Part shown: one piece after another, positions 1 to 12,219 of the stretch
How positions within the stretch are numbered: position 1 is the stretch's first letter
Layout: every line of letters starts with the position of its first letter
Translations under genes and position numbers: made by a program
Assembly (NCBI GenBank): GCA_009602725.1
Contig: WELB01000012.1
Location: forward strand, 804,619-868,618
Reading direction: 5' to 3'
DNA: 64,000 bases
From: Spirogloea muscicola
Lineage: Eukaryota
Notes under the pieces: generated by a model
Databases searched by the model: none
What the model saw: the letters and a program-made list of their open reading frames with translations, nothing else
What the model was told of the DNA's origin: nothing

Positions 1-162
1 TTGCTTGCAAATCCAGAGCAAGCCCACCTTGGAGCCACTAAAGCCTGTATACTACACATTGGATGGTGTCCTACTAACCCCGGAACTTTACTTGGTGTTC
101 AGTAAGCAGAACTTTGCAGCTCAAAAGCCGTAACAGCAGTGGCCTGTGCACGACATTGGCAG

Positions 163-879
163 GTCCATTGAGCCGTGGTTGAAGACCAACCAAAAGCCAC
201 CCAACGGGAGAGAGTACCGGCAGCTTCCCAAGGACAGGGCAAAGCTGGACGGGAAGTATGAATGCATTCTATGCTTCTGCTGCCAGACTTCGTGCCCTTC
301 GTACTGGTGGAATGCAGAGAACTTTCTGGGGCCAGCCGTCCTTATACAAGCTCATCGGTGGATCGTTGATACGTGAGTCTGCATTATGCCATTTGCCATG
401 ACATCAAAGGACTGTACTCATCCCTCAACGCACATCCTTAGAACAGTCAAACGAGATCCTTAGCCATAGGTGGTATACAGCTGTCGTATCTACGCAAAAT
501 GGTAGACCCAATCGTGCAAATGTGCATTACTGGCAGCCATCATCAGGATGGACCCTGCAGCCTTCAGCATTTCTACAAGGTCCCGTCGTGGTCAATAAGA
601 AGCAACGAGAAAGTACCAAGGAGGCATGCAAGGCCATCTAAGGCTGACTTCGCAACTTCAACTGGATGGCAATTGTTCTGATGCAGGCGAGACCAGTACG
701 CAAAGCAAAGGCTGGAAGCGCTTTCTGAGGGCCGCAGACTAACAGCCTGCCATCAGATTTTCAACTGCGCTGCAAGCTGCCCCAAGCACCTAAACCCTGG
801 CAAGTCGATCGCCGAGATGAAGAGGGACGAGCTCCTGAGTGCTGCTAAGAGCATCCTGCCCCTTCTTGGCAAGAAGTAA
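163..879 (+). CDS. SDH2: Succinate dehydrogenase iron-sulfur subunit, last two exons (163-372, 687-879); 5' part outside window
   Basis: Spliced translation SIEPWLK...[19 protein letters not shown]...[24 protein letters not shown]...[21 protein letters not shown]...KK* has both Fe-S cysteine clusters of SdhB; GT-AG intron 373-686; TAA at 877-879. Confidence 0.97.
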
Positions 880-1492
880 TGCTCATCTTCAGTCCTTGAT
901 CAACAATGCATGACAGTTGCCAAACACATCATCGTGTACCCGTTAATTCTTCAGATTTCAGCATACACTGGTGGCTTTCCACTCTTGGCTCGACTCCTTC
1001 AAGGGCATTGACGATTTTGCAGTCTTGCCAGTCACTGTTGGTGAAGTAAATGCAAGCTAGTGTGACTCACATCAGTGCTGCTTGGCCTCGAGGTAACTTT
1101 ACCTGTTGACGTTGGCCAGGTCAGCCCTCTCTCGAGCAGCTCGTTGCTTCGTGAAGGACACAAGCATTCAACCAAAGACGGTCACTTACGAATAGAAGTT
1201 TTGCAACTCCGCGTTGACATGGTGTGCTAGATTAAGTTGGTGCATGAATCTTGCAACCCCCGAACCTAGGACGTAAGCAGAAATATTGGTCTGGAGGGGA
1301 GACAATATGCAGAGCACATCGACCAAGATAGATTGGTGAATGCGCATGAACAGGACTCACTGACAATAATATGGAGCCGGTCTCTTTTGGCACACCATAA
1401 CAACGAGCGCAGCTGCTGGAAGAAGCAGCTCTTTCACGAACTCGGGTGGCAGGCGAAGCCGCGCAAAACAGGGGGCAGCAGAGCTTGATCTG

Positions 1493-1574
1493 CGTGTTCG
1501 GCAGGACTCGAACCTGCGCGGGCAGAGCCCAACAGCTTTCGAGGCTGTCCCGTTAACCACTCCGGCACGAACAC
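1493..1574 (-). tRNA. tRNA-Ser(CGA)
   Basis: Reverse complement folds with acceptor stem GTGTTCG/CGAACAC plus G discriminator, D-arm with TGG, anticodon stem ACAGC/GCTGT with loop CT-CGA-AA, long variable arm GGGC-TCT-GCCC and T-loop GGTTCGAGTCC. TTTT terminator about 25 nt downstream; TATA-like TTTATAG about 30 nt upstream. Confidence 0.96.
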
Positions 1575-1815
1575 ATGCAAGCACGTCGCGAGCGCCGCAA
1601 AGCGCTATAAACTGTTGTAAAGGCAATTTGCCGACAAATGCTCTCTGGGGCCTTCCTCTACTTCTTTAATTACTATCAGCAGCGATATAGCATTGATCCT
1701 GTAATTCCTTACCGAATCCTTCATCCCGGCTTCATTCGGCTGGCTTTCCCAGCTGCGCTTTACGTACCAGCTGCGTTCTCCTCGTCGCCGCCGCGGGCGG
1801 GCCAGGCGGGCCGCC

Positions 1816-4480
1816 ATGGCGCTGGCGGCGCAGCTCCTGGCCGCGCCCTACGGCGCCGCGCTGCGCGCGCTGCCCGACGTGGCGCTGCGCGCCGCCGTGC
1901 GCGCCATGTCCGGTATGCGGCTGCGCTCGTCCCGCGCGCCCACGGCCGAGGCGCACCTCGCCGCCCTCCTCGACTTCGTCAAGGGTGCGGCCGGGCCCCC
2001 TTCGTGCCGCCTCTCTCGCCGTCTCAAAGGTTCAGGGCTTAAGGCTTAGAGCTTGCGCCTCTCGGCGACGGATGCGTCGCTGGGGGCCCTCTCTTGCCAC
2101 AAGCATTGGGGTAAGGGCAATCTAGACGAGGCTGACCCATTCCCCGACGCCCCGAGCTGGCCGCTGCGCAGCACTGAAGCTGATGCCGATCGCGATCAAC
2201 ACCGAGGAGGCCAACGTGCAGGTGCTGCTTCCCCCACGTCAACCAGGTCCAATGTGGCCTTTGGGCTCAGATTAAAGTCTATTGGCGACGCCTTTGCAGC
2301 TGCGGCGCAGCCCGTTGGCACTGCAGACTCGATGACATGGCGCGGCCGTCTCGGCGGCGCTCTGACTGACGTCTCGCCGCTTCGCGCTGCGCCGCCGTCT
2401 CCTCCCCGCCCGAGGCCGCAGCACTACGAGGTCCCGACCGAGTTCTACAAGCTCGTGCTCGGCAAGCACCTCAAGTACAGGTGCGCAGCGGCCGCTGGTC
2501 GTCTGGTCCCCCCGGCCCCGCTGAAGTGAGCGTGCTTGGGTAATCATACGATGCTTTTGGGTTCCTTGTACTCAAGAATTTACTGCTGATTCCTAACTTT
2601 CTGAGCGCGAGCTCTGTGCCTACTACAGCAGCAGCTGACTCGGGCTCCGCCCCTTGGTGTGCTTTTCGTGCAGCTCCTGCCTGTACCCATCTCCAGCATC
2701 AACACTGGACGAGGCGGAGGAGCACACGCTGGCGCTCTACTGCGAGCGCGCCCAGCTGCAAGACGGGCAGGCCGTGCTCGACCTCGGGTGCGGCTGGGGC
2801 TCGCTGTCGCTCTACATTGCGGCACGCTACCCCGGCAGCTCCGTCACGAGCCTCTCGAACTCGAGCACGCAGCGCGCTTACATTGAGGAGGAGTGCAGGT
2901 TCTGACTTGCGCCTTGCTTTGACTCAGCCGCTTATCAATCGGCTCTGCTACCGGCAACGCTCGCTCGTCACTCAATGCTTGCATGAACCCCTAGAAAATT
3001 CACAGGTGCAAGCAAAATGTGCAATGCTCACAACCAGTGGAAGCTGCGGGCTCGTGCAGGCAAAGAGGGATCAAGAACCTGGAAGTTGTGACTGCCAATG
3101 TGGTTGTCTTCGAGGCGGGCACCATGTACGACAGGATACTTTCAATTGAGATGTTTGAGGTTGAGCTTGCGACCTGACTGACCTTGATGGCTGCGAGGCC
3201 AAGATGCAGGCTGCTGCGCCTTGCATTAGTCAGAACCACATTACTGTTGTTGATGCAGGTTTGCCAGGTCACAAGCATTGTGATGCCGTTATTGGGCAGT
3301 TCCATTTGACTTTGGCGGGGTTGACTCAGGACGTGGTGGGCTACACTGCTGGCTGCAGCACATGAAGAACTACCAGAAGCTGCTGCACAAGGTCTCCGTG
3401 TGGTTGAAGCCCGACGGGCTCCTTTTCATCCACATCTTCACCCACAAACAATATGCATACCACTTTGAGGTCTCGTGCTCAACTCATTCGACCCACAGAC
3501 GACCACCTCATAGCTAAGCCTATACTTACTTCCTGCAGTATTGCACTTTGATACACTAAACACTCAATTGCATCAAGGATCGCCCAGCTACCATCTGGTC
3601 TGCTGCGATTGTATTTGGAGGTGTGCTGAAATTGCAATGTTCAATGTGGTTATGCTTGGTCCGCGTCACCTGGCCACAAGTAGACTACATCACTCTGGTC
3701 AGGCGCTGGAGATGCTTATACTTAACCGCAGTCCAATAGAAGTCGTGCATCCCTCGTCCCCTAGGTTGCGGATCTCTGAAGAGGTGGCCTGGTGCAGACT
3801 GCCAATGACGACGACTGGATGGGACGTCACTTCTTCACCGGAGGCACCATGCCCTCGGACGACCTCCTCCTGTATTTTCAGGTCTGCAATGAGTGGAAGC
3901 CCTCCACAATTTCATACAGCGAATAGGGAAGTTCTGCAGCAGTTGCCTCTGCTCGTATATTGTCACTGCTTGCTCTGGCTAATTACAACACTCCTGCTCT
4001 GCAATGCCAGGATGATGTTGCAATTGTGGACCACTGGCGGGCTAGCGGGAAGAATTACCAGTTGACAAGGCAAGCAGTAGTGGTTGCATAGCAGCTCTAT
4101 TAGGGTCGTATGGGTCTGATTTGACCCAACTCAGCGTGTATGCACAGAGCTGGCACGAAATGAGGGTACCACAATGAAGGAATGTTCCACTTAGTGCCCT
4201 GTATTTCCCGGACCCCGCTCCCAGCTTAAGGAGTATCGCCAAGTGTGGATGTGATGTGGTAGCTGACTTTCAGTTGATGCGTGGCAGCGAAGCTTGGCTC
4301 CGTAACTTTGACAAGAATATTCACACAATACGGCCCATCCTCGCTAAGACTTATGGGGAAGACCAGCTGACCAAGTGGACGGTTTACTGGCGGACATTCT
4401 TCATTGCCGTGGCAGAGCTATTTGGCTTCAGCAACGGGGAGGAGTGGCTCATCTCTCACTACCTATTCAAGCGGAAATGA
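1816..4480 (+). CDS. SAM-dependent methyltransferase of the cyclopropane-fatty-acyl synthase / coclaurine N-methyltransferase-like (CMAS) family, 9 exons
   Basis: Exons join to [51 protein letters not shown] (SAM motif I), [67 protein letters not shown]. Intron 8 (4070-4287) has a GC donor. Confidence 0.93.
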
Positions 4481-5029
4481 GCCCCCAAGCTACAGTTGTA
4501 GGTACCCTGGACGACATGCAAAATCTGACACATAAGCCAGTGCATCATTGCCGCGCTCCCGCAATGGCATCAATGCCACCTTGTGCCCATGCAAGAGCGA
4601 AGATCATGATAGTCTGTCAGCAGTTTAAGGCCCTGCGTGACACGACCTTGGCTGACCTTTGCTGCAGAAGGTGCGCACTGGGACTTGCACCACTTCCAGC
4701 CAAGTTGCGGTCTTATGAACCACCTTTAGGCCTTGAAGCCACAGCGTGACTACCAGAGAGAAAGTAGAGAAAGCGTGTTATGAATGATGGAGGGCCAGAG
4801 CAGCCAAGCACAAAGCCAAGAACATTATGCTTGTTGGGCCTGCGGCTATGTTGACCTGCTCAGTAGCTGCAGGTCAGCATGTCAAGGTCGTTACATGATG
4901 CCCAATTGCCAGGACGAAAGTTTCCAACCCTTTCTGCTTTCCAGAGTGTTATCTCCTGAGCAGTATACTTTTAGACTACTCTTAATTCTAGACTCCTTCG
5001 ACCTTGCATAGCCATTACCCTTTGGAAGA

Positions 5030-6030
5030 GCATCTTCCTTCTTCGGGCTGGCCTTCTACTGCACAACTATTTGTAGTCACCACTTGCGTAGCTGTGCCTT
5101 TTGGTCCCTTCTGACCTTTTATTTTTTTGGGGCTGCCCTTTCACAGCCATTGTCGCTGTTTGGGGAGACCATAACTTAATAGCCATTGCCCCCCTGTGGA
5201 AGAGCTTCTTCTTTGAACCTTGTCCCCTTGAAGTGGGGCGACTCCTTTTATGTGCTGCTAATTTCCAACGTGCGGCTGCTGACTAGGGGTTACTGAGCAG
5301 GCACCCTTAGTGGTCTCCAAACCCTTCAAATCCATTGAACATCGTTCACTCCGTTCGTGGCCTGGCTTTTCACAGCCCTCGCCCACTTTGGCAGAGCTGC
5401 TTCTCGTTTGGCGTCTGGCCTTGAGAACACAAGGGGTTAACTCTAATTGGAAAAAAGCAGTTTTCATGAGGTGCCTAAGGCGCAAGGCAAGTCAAGATTT
5501 GACGACGAAGACAGGCTTACGAGATCAGATATGAGAGATAGGCACAAGCTGTAGCTCAGGCCTTCTGTCAAGCTATTGCTCAGGCCTGCGGCGCCGCACT
5601 GCAGCTTGACACTCGTGGAAAGTGCAGGTTAGTACCCATATCTGCAGACATCACCTGCTTTTACTAGAAGAAGTGGCTCTCCCAATGGGGGCAAGGGCTG
5701 TGAGAAGCCAGCCCGAAAAGAATTGACAAGGTTCGAAGGGCATCTGGCATCTAGGCATCTGTCAGTGCCTATGATGGCTGCTCCTTCGTGTTTCTTTAAT
5801 CTCCACAAGGTGAAGAGACGTGAAGAAACAGATGGAGGGAACGCCCCTCTACTGGAAGAGTCTTTCTTTCGGCTTACATGGCCACCCTTTCAGACTAAGC
5901 GCACCGCGTGCCTTCTCTCGTTAGCAATTGGTATCTCGCTTTTTACGCCATTCGGCCCCTCCAGACCTTGTCCTTTCTCTTGGGCTGGCCTCTGACAGCC
6001 GCCAGTCAATTTGGAAGCGCTGCTTCTCGC
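5030..6030. mobile_element. Several short 3'-end fragments of CRE-like non-LTR retroelements upstream of ATG101
   Basis: Copies of the TTGTC..TTCTTTT-GGGCTGGC...CAGCC stem-loop at about 5125-5150, 5355-5390, 5664-5740 (minus) and 5960-6025 match the 3' UTRs of longer copies elsewhere in the window. Confidence 0.7.
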
Positions 6031-6160
6031 TTCGTCGTCTCTCCCACACACCAACCCGAGTGGCATTCAAAGGCTTGGTGGCTCGTGGCGCCGGGCAGCC
6101 GCCGACGCCGCCGCCCGCCGCCCGCGCGCGGCGGGAGGCGCGGCCCGCCGAGCCTTGGCC

Positions 6161-8383
6161 ATGAGCTGCCAGGTGTTCGACCTCCAGCCCCTGGTGAGCA
6201 GCCGGTCACGCCGTCAGCCTCGATCTCCGCGAGCCCCCATTGCTCGAGCTTGGGCTTGCGCTGACGGCGCCCGCCCCGGGCTCGGCCTGCGCCCTTTCCG
6301 AGCGCCCGCAGGAGCTGGAGCCGTACCAGATACGCGAGATCCTACGCTGTAAGACACCCCCCCCCCTGAGGACCGAGAGCTCAGGGCCTAGGGCTCGGAA
6401 TCGGGATCAGGGTTAGTCGCTCAACATCGGGAGTTAGGGCTCAGGAAGGGGCTCCTCGCTTCGCTCAGAAGCCCCCCACCGTCCTGGATCTCCAGCTAGC
6501 CTCCGCCGTCAAGTCCGTGCCCTGTTGTCATGGAGCCTGCTGGCGCAATTGCAAACCGCTGCTTGGACGTCCGGAAGCGGGCCAAGTGGCTGGCAAAGGG
6601 TAGTGCAGGGGCTGGCAGGGGTGCTCGGCAAGGCTGCCGCACTCTCGGGTCCCAATGGAGCCACTTAGAGAGGCGCAACCCACGCTTTGAGCATAAGCGA
6701 GGGTGCTCTACGGGTTGCTGGGAGGCCAATCACGTTGTGGTGCCTGGGACGCCCAACTTGACGAGGGTCTGTAGGCAGGCCCATCATCAACTGCCAGCAG
6801 CTCAACGCATGCCGAGCAGTCGTTGCTATGGTTGGCTTGTCCTCAAGCCCATAAAAACCCGCCTGTCGCAGGCCTCCTACACACTGTGCTGTTCAACCGG
6901 GCGCTAGGGCTGGTGCGCCCGCGGGACGTGGACTTGGAGCTCTTTGACATCACCTACGTGACCACCCCTCCCATTGCTCTCACTTTCACGTTCTCTTGGC
7001 CTGCTAGCGGAGCAGCTCCTGAGTACTTTTCATATGCTGTGCCGTTCTTGTTCCATTCGTCATTAAGCACCAACAAAAGACTTGTCCTTCCTTTGGGCTG
7101 AGCCCACTCAATAGTGCATGTCAGGTGCAGTGTGGCAACGCAGCCATAGAGAAGCTGGTGGAGGAGCGCATTGACTTCTTCTGTGCGTGGATGGATAAGC
7201 ACCCGAGCAAGAAGGGGCAGGCAAGCACATGCCAGGCAGCTTGAGTGATGGGTTGTGAAGCTCTGGCGACTGCTTCTTGCTAGTCCTGCCATTCCAGCAA
7301 GTCATCAAAGTGCCAAGTCCTGTAATAGGGCCTAGCTTCCAGCCTACATCCAGCACGAATGTGTATGTTGTTTCAGTTGTACCATATGTGCAGTTGTCCT
7401 TATGTTGTAGGGCAATCGACAGAGTATGTTGTAGAGGTAGGCATGTATGCATGTCATTGATTGAAGTTTAGTGCCTGCTTACTTCTCCAGGTATGCCTCT
7501 CATTCTATGAAAAGAGGAATAAGCAGATGGCGTGGTTCGGCAACCAGATGGAGCGCCTCTATTGGGAGCAGTGGTGCATTCACCTGGCTGTCGTGCAGTC
7601 GCCTGAAGCAACCCACCGGCTGGACAAGGTCTTAGACGGTGCTGGTGAGGCTGTCAGACATTTCTGTACAAAAGTTACGGCCCCTGCTGTCTTGACATGT
7701 TTGGACGCCCGTTACGGCCCCTGCTGTTTGCACATACTTGTGCTTGTTTGCTGCAGCACATGGTGATTGCCTGCAGGAGCTTAACATAGCAGTGTTTGTC
7801 ACAATGCTACGGTTTTTAGTTCTGAGATTCACTTGCGAGCGCCTATTTGTTAAAGTCTGGCTGGACGCAAATATACGTCTCTCTCTCTCATGAAATTTCT
7901 TGGCTCCAAGGAGACTTGCGCTAATGATCTTGCTGCTGCTCCTTGCCAGACATATTGGCAGAGGAGCGGCTACGACGGCATGCCGCGCTCGAGGCCACCG
8001 TTCGAGAGACGATACTGCAGATTTTACAGATTATCGATGAGAAGAAGGAACACATTCCGCCAGTTTTGAGCTCGGAGGTTGCCTGCTTTCCCTACGAGAT
8101 TACCATCCCAAGGTGAGGAATGCTTACCTCTTTGGCTCTTTGGAGTCAATCTGTGCCAGCTGGGTTGACAGCATAGTGTCACAGAGGAGCTGCACTGCTT
8201 TGCTGGCCGTGGCACACAGCCCAATATCATGCACGGGACCACAGCCTGGGCTACCTTGGCTGCTTCTATTTAGGAGCTGAATCCTGGATTATAACTCGTC
8301 CATGCAGTGCCTCGGACTCGGCGTTTGGCATGGACATGTTCAAAAGGATGCTGCAAACTAATCCTCCAACAATGTTGAGCTAG
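6161..8383 (+). CDS. ATG101: Autophagy-related protein 101, 7 exons
   Basis: Spliced protein MSCQVFDLQPLELEPYQIREILRCLLHTVLFNRALGLVRPRDVDLELFDITYVQCG...WMDKHPSKKGQVCLSFYEKR...AWF...ERLYWEQWCI...KKEHIPPV...FPYEITIPSASDSAFGMDMFKRMLQTNPPTMLS* matches plant ATG101 including the WF finger. Intron 4 (7221-7490) has a GC donor. Confidence 0.95.
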
Positions 8384-9339
8384 TCACAGCCTCCCAATCG
8401 CAGACATGACCCTCACAACAATGGCCAGAAGACATACAAGGAGCCCCTATGGCCCTTCTCAAGACCCTATTCTGCTGTCAAGAAGCAAGAGCTAGCCCCC
8501 TCTCATCCCATGCAGCTAAGAGATGCCACATGTACATAGTTATGCAAATTGGGCAATCATTGCCCAGCCCTTCTTAGTGGTTGTTTATATCTGCAGAGGG
8601 CCTAGAAGGCTTGGAGGCCCCTTCCTGTACATAGTGCCTTATTGTTTTTGCCAGTGTGCTATAAAGTGGCACAAGGCAGCATGTACATCGTGCAAATCAG
8701 CATGAAGGCTTAGCTCTTGCTTCTTGATGCCCTCCTTGCACATAATGCTCTGTTTGCGGCCTCAAGCAGTTGCTTGTATCATTGCTTCAAACCTTGACAA
8801 TAAGATTGTATTTATTATTTCCAAGGATCAGTTGTGTTCAGTCAATCCGCTATTGGATATCCAACAGTTCAGGTGGGTTTGCAGGTGGTGCCTGAACAGT
8901 CAGCCTTTTAGTTGCCTAGAAGTTGCTTAGAGGTTGTAATGTGCCTTCACAAACTTAAGTACTTGAACGACGAGTAGAGAGTAGTATAGAATGGCTGTTA
9001 GTAGGCATGTCATGCCCAGCCGCAGAGCGTCGTTGTGTCGTCGGTCAGACGGCGATTGGGCGGAACCGAGCAGGGCTAACCCTGGTCGGATATCTCGGGT
9101 AGGAAGGTGGTATAGGGATCCTCAGCGGGGATAACCTACGGGGTGAATCAAAACCCAATGCGGCTGCTGATATTAAAAAAGGGGCTGTGAAAGCCGGCCA
9201 GATGCATACAAAATCGCTGGGATCACTGGGATGGCTCGCTGGGGCAACCCGTATGGGCGGGCCGGAGGCAGGTCAGAGTCCAGGCCAGGGTGGCCAGGGG
9301 GCCGCAGCGGCGAGGGATCCCCCGGCGGGGGTGACCACG

Positions 9340-10450
9340 CGAGCGTGAGGGAGGCGAGGAGTCAGTTCTGAGAGCTGCTGGAGAAGCACCGGGCGACGCT
9401 TGCCCTCTCCATGGCGGAGCTGGGCAACGTGCAAGCAAGGGGAGACACACCTGGACGCTGACGGTCCCAGCCGCAACCCCAAGCCGAGCACCCGAGACGG
9501 GAGCGCGGCGCGAGCCGACCATGACCGTGAGGAAGTGGAGCTGCCTGCGTGGCCGGCTTCGGCGATGCTGCTGCAGCCGCTCGACGCGAGGAGGCCAGTG
9601 AGATATGTGCGCCCGGCAGGCGCTTATATCACCAGCGGACAAGCGCACCCGGGCCCGGAACTTCCTGACCACCCAGGATAGGAGCCCGCGCAGGTTGTCC
9701 GCTGGTGATATAAGCGCCTGCCGGATGCACATTTCATTGTCTTCTGATGGTCGGCTCGCGCGCCACGCTCCCGTCTCGGGTGCTCGGGTTGGGGTTGCGG
9801 CTGAGACCGTCAGCATCCAGGTGCATCTCCCCTTGCTTGCACGTGCCCAGCTCCGCCATGGAGAGGGCAAACGTTGCCCTGTGCTTCTCCAGGAACTGCT
9901 TCCGTTCTCCCTCCGACAACTCCTCTCCCACAACCCACTCGTGGGGCAGCTTCTCCTTCCCTGCTCCCACTTCTTCCTGCCGTGGTTGCCATGCGGACGC
10001 CGCCCAGCCTCCTGCTGCTGGGCCCCCTGCGCCATCTGTTCCTCCTGAAGCTCTACTCTCCCCCCCCTACCACGAAGCCGCCAGCACCTGCACGCGCTGC
10101 CCGCTGTAGGTAGAGCCCCTGCGCCAGCTGCCATGCTGCCTGCTGGCTCCGCTGCGCTGCTAAGCAGACTGTCAGCGACCAAGTGACGGCCCTAAGGTCC
10201 ATAGCATTGGCCAGCAGCTTCCGTCGCTGCCTCTCGGTGAGTTCAGGAGCTGCGGTCATGCCGGTCTGGAAGCCCAAAGCCCGCTCCCGCTCGTCGGCGC
10301 GTGGCTCCTCCAGTTGCTGCGTGGTGTGGTCCCACACCATGCCGGGGCCCCTATTCCGGAATGCATAGGACCGCTGGATAGCTCACCAGCGTGGGCAGTG
10401 CCGCCCGTGGCTGCCCAACCTTGTTGCACGGCGCGAACGGAGGGCTGTCG
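9340..10450 (-). mobile_element. Decayed, internally deleted Ty3/gypsy-type retrotransposon remnant with a C5-cytosine methyltransferase C-terminal fragment, plus an inverted partial copy
   Basis: Minus strand reads ALPTLVSYP/(frameshift)SYAFRNRGPGMVWD...EEPRADERERALGFQTGMTAAPELTERQRRKLLANAMDL (DNMT motif IX/X-like), then LSEGERKQFLEKHRATFALSMAELG (pre-RT region) joined to HLDADGLSRNP (gypsy RNase H end). An inverted copy lies at about 9347-9642. Confidence 0.7.
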
Positions 10451-10460
10451 TCCATCCTCA

Positions 10461-10545
10461 CTCCGGCCTCCGTCGCGTCGTCCTTCGCGTCTCCGGCCTC
10501 CGTCGTGTATCCGGCCTCCGTCGTGTCTCCGGCCTTGGTCGCGTT
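10461..10545. repeat. Imperfect tandem repeat of an approximately 18-bp unit (TCCGGCCTCCGTCGTGT[A/C]), about 4 copies
   Basis: ctccggcctccgtcgcg...ctccggcctccgtcgtgtatccggcctccgtcgtgtctccggcctt read directly. Confidence 0.8.
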
Positions 10546-12219
10546 TCCGGCTCCTCGTCTTCGCCTCCGTCGCCAGGGGTGTGGTGACTCGTTTGCCACA
10601 TTCTTTGCATGTCTGTGCACCTGGTAGTGAGGCCATGCAGGGCAGGTACTGCTAGCTAATGAATCAGAGTCCTGGCCTGTAGGCGGAGCTTCAGGTGTGG
10701 CACCTCGACGCGTAGTTAGCACGATACGGGCAGGCACGACAGGCGACGCAGGCCAACACCATAATTACTCGAAACTTTTAAGTCGATCGTGCTGGCCACG
10801 GATTTGTACCCATCCTTTTTGGTACATGCAGTCTCTCTCCAGAGAACAATCTTCAATGTTTGAGCCAGCTGCAGGGCGCAGGAGGGCAAAGACAAGCTGC
10901 CAGCAGCTCCGTACGCAGCGGGCCATCAATATGGCTTCGTAGCAAAGCTCAAAATAGCTATGTCCATCAACAGCTTCCAGGGAGGGCGCCTCGAGCAGCA
11001 CCGAGCACAACTTTGGAGCCAAGCTCCTCTCTGGCGGCATGCCCAGCAATACCACCGCGTGCCTTCAATACTCTAACACCATCTCCTAATAATTGCCACA
11101 GCAATGTGAGCACCATGCTCCAGCCCGGTAGTTTGCTGCTGGTGGAAGCTGCAGGTCTGCCCCTTGCCGGCACACTGGTCGCAAGTCGTCCTCCACAAAC
11201 ACGTTGCTTAACAAATTGCGTACCACTTGCAGATGCCAGCATGTGTTACTTGGCAGTACTCATTCTGTCAATGGCGATAAAATGCAGAATTGTGTAAAGG
11301 TTCTAATAAGTAAGTCATTGTCAGACACGTTGACGTTGTCAACGATGTGCTTACGCTACTTTGACGGCTTCAGGATGGCACGAGCAGATGCCTGACAAGC
11401 ACGTCCATATGTTGTCAGGACTGCCCAACCACGTCAGTTTTGCACCCTCTGTATGCATGAAGTGTTCATGTGCTTGCTACTCATTGGTGCACCTGGTCAA
11501 AGCAGTGGCTCCATTTGCCTGCCATGTGCACGCTCACAGCGACGTCGGCCTTTGACAAAGCATTGGGATTTTGTAGCAAAATAAGTACCGAAAGTTGCTG
11601 CTACAACATGATCATGATGTGCCCCTTCATTGAGCTGCGTGGGGTCAACTAGCTGCTAACCAAGCTTCTCCCCATCACTTTATATGCCACTTATAGTTGG
11701 TGCAAGAGCTTATTCGTCGCTTCCAGCAACCAGGTAGGAGTTAGGTGGAGTGCTTGACATCTCAAGTGCACGAATTATAAGCTGAGCAAGTTCAGGTCAT
11801 CAAGGTCGTGAGGCTGGACATGAGCCTGCTGCCTTAAGCAGGCAGTGGAGCTGGCTTGAGTGAGTGAATTGGAGAACCTTGAAGAAAGTGGCTAGCCGTG
11901 CTCCATCACACATTGGAGTATGACTAGCAAGCTGCGGCTCAGCTGAAGAGCGACTGGTCAAAGTGTAGTAGGAGCAGCAACTTCTACTTGCTCAGCTGAA
12001 TCAATCTATCCTGCAATTTGTGCTCATGTCAATGGTGCAAGATTTGAAAAATAACTTAGGGATGCCACTACACAGAAGGCAACTGGCGCCTGCTTCTGCA
12101 GCATATCCTCTGCACACTGTGCGTCTATATCCTTGAGCATACAGTATTTGTGAGGCTGCTACAATCAAGGTCTCTGCATTGACTACATTGCAGTGGCCCT
12201 GGATGAGGTATTCAAGAGA

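Noticed and set aside
6380..6445. Telomere-like hexamers (tcaggg, ctaggg, ttaggg) in ATG101 intron 2
   Set aside because: Too few and too degenerate to support an interstitial telomeric repeat.
9170..9200. Purine tract followed by TG (aaaaaaggggc-tgtg) as a PPT/LTR boundary
   Set aside because: No second LTR, PBS or TSD could be identified.
10765..11300. Short ORFs between the gypsy remnant and the PAP2 gene (similar cases at 24000-25300, 29500-30600, 37600-37950, 57900-58680)
   Set aside because: No recognisable domain or consistent splice chain; left unannotated.
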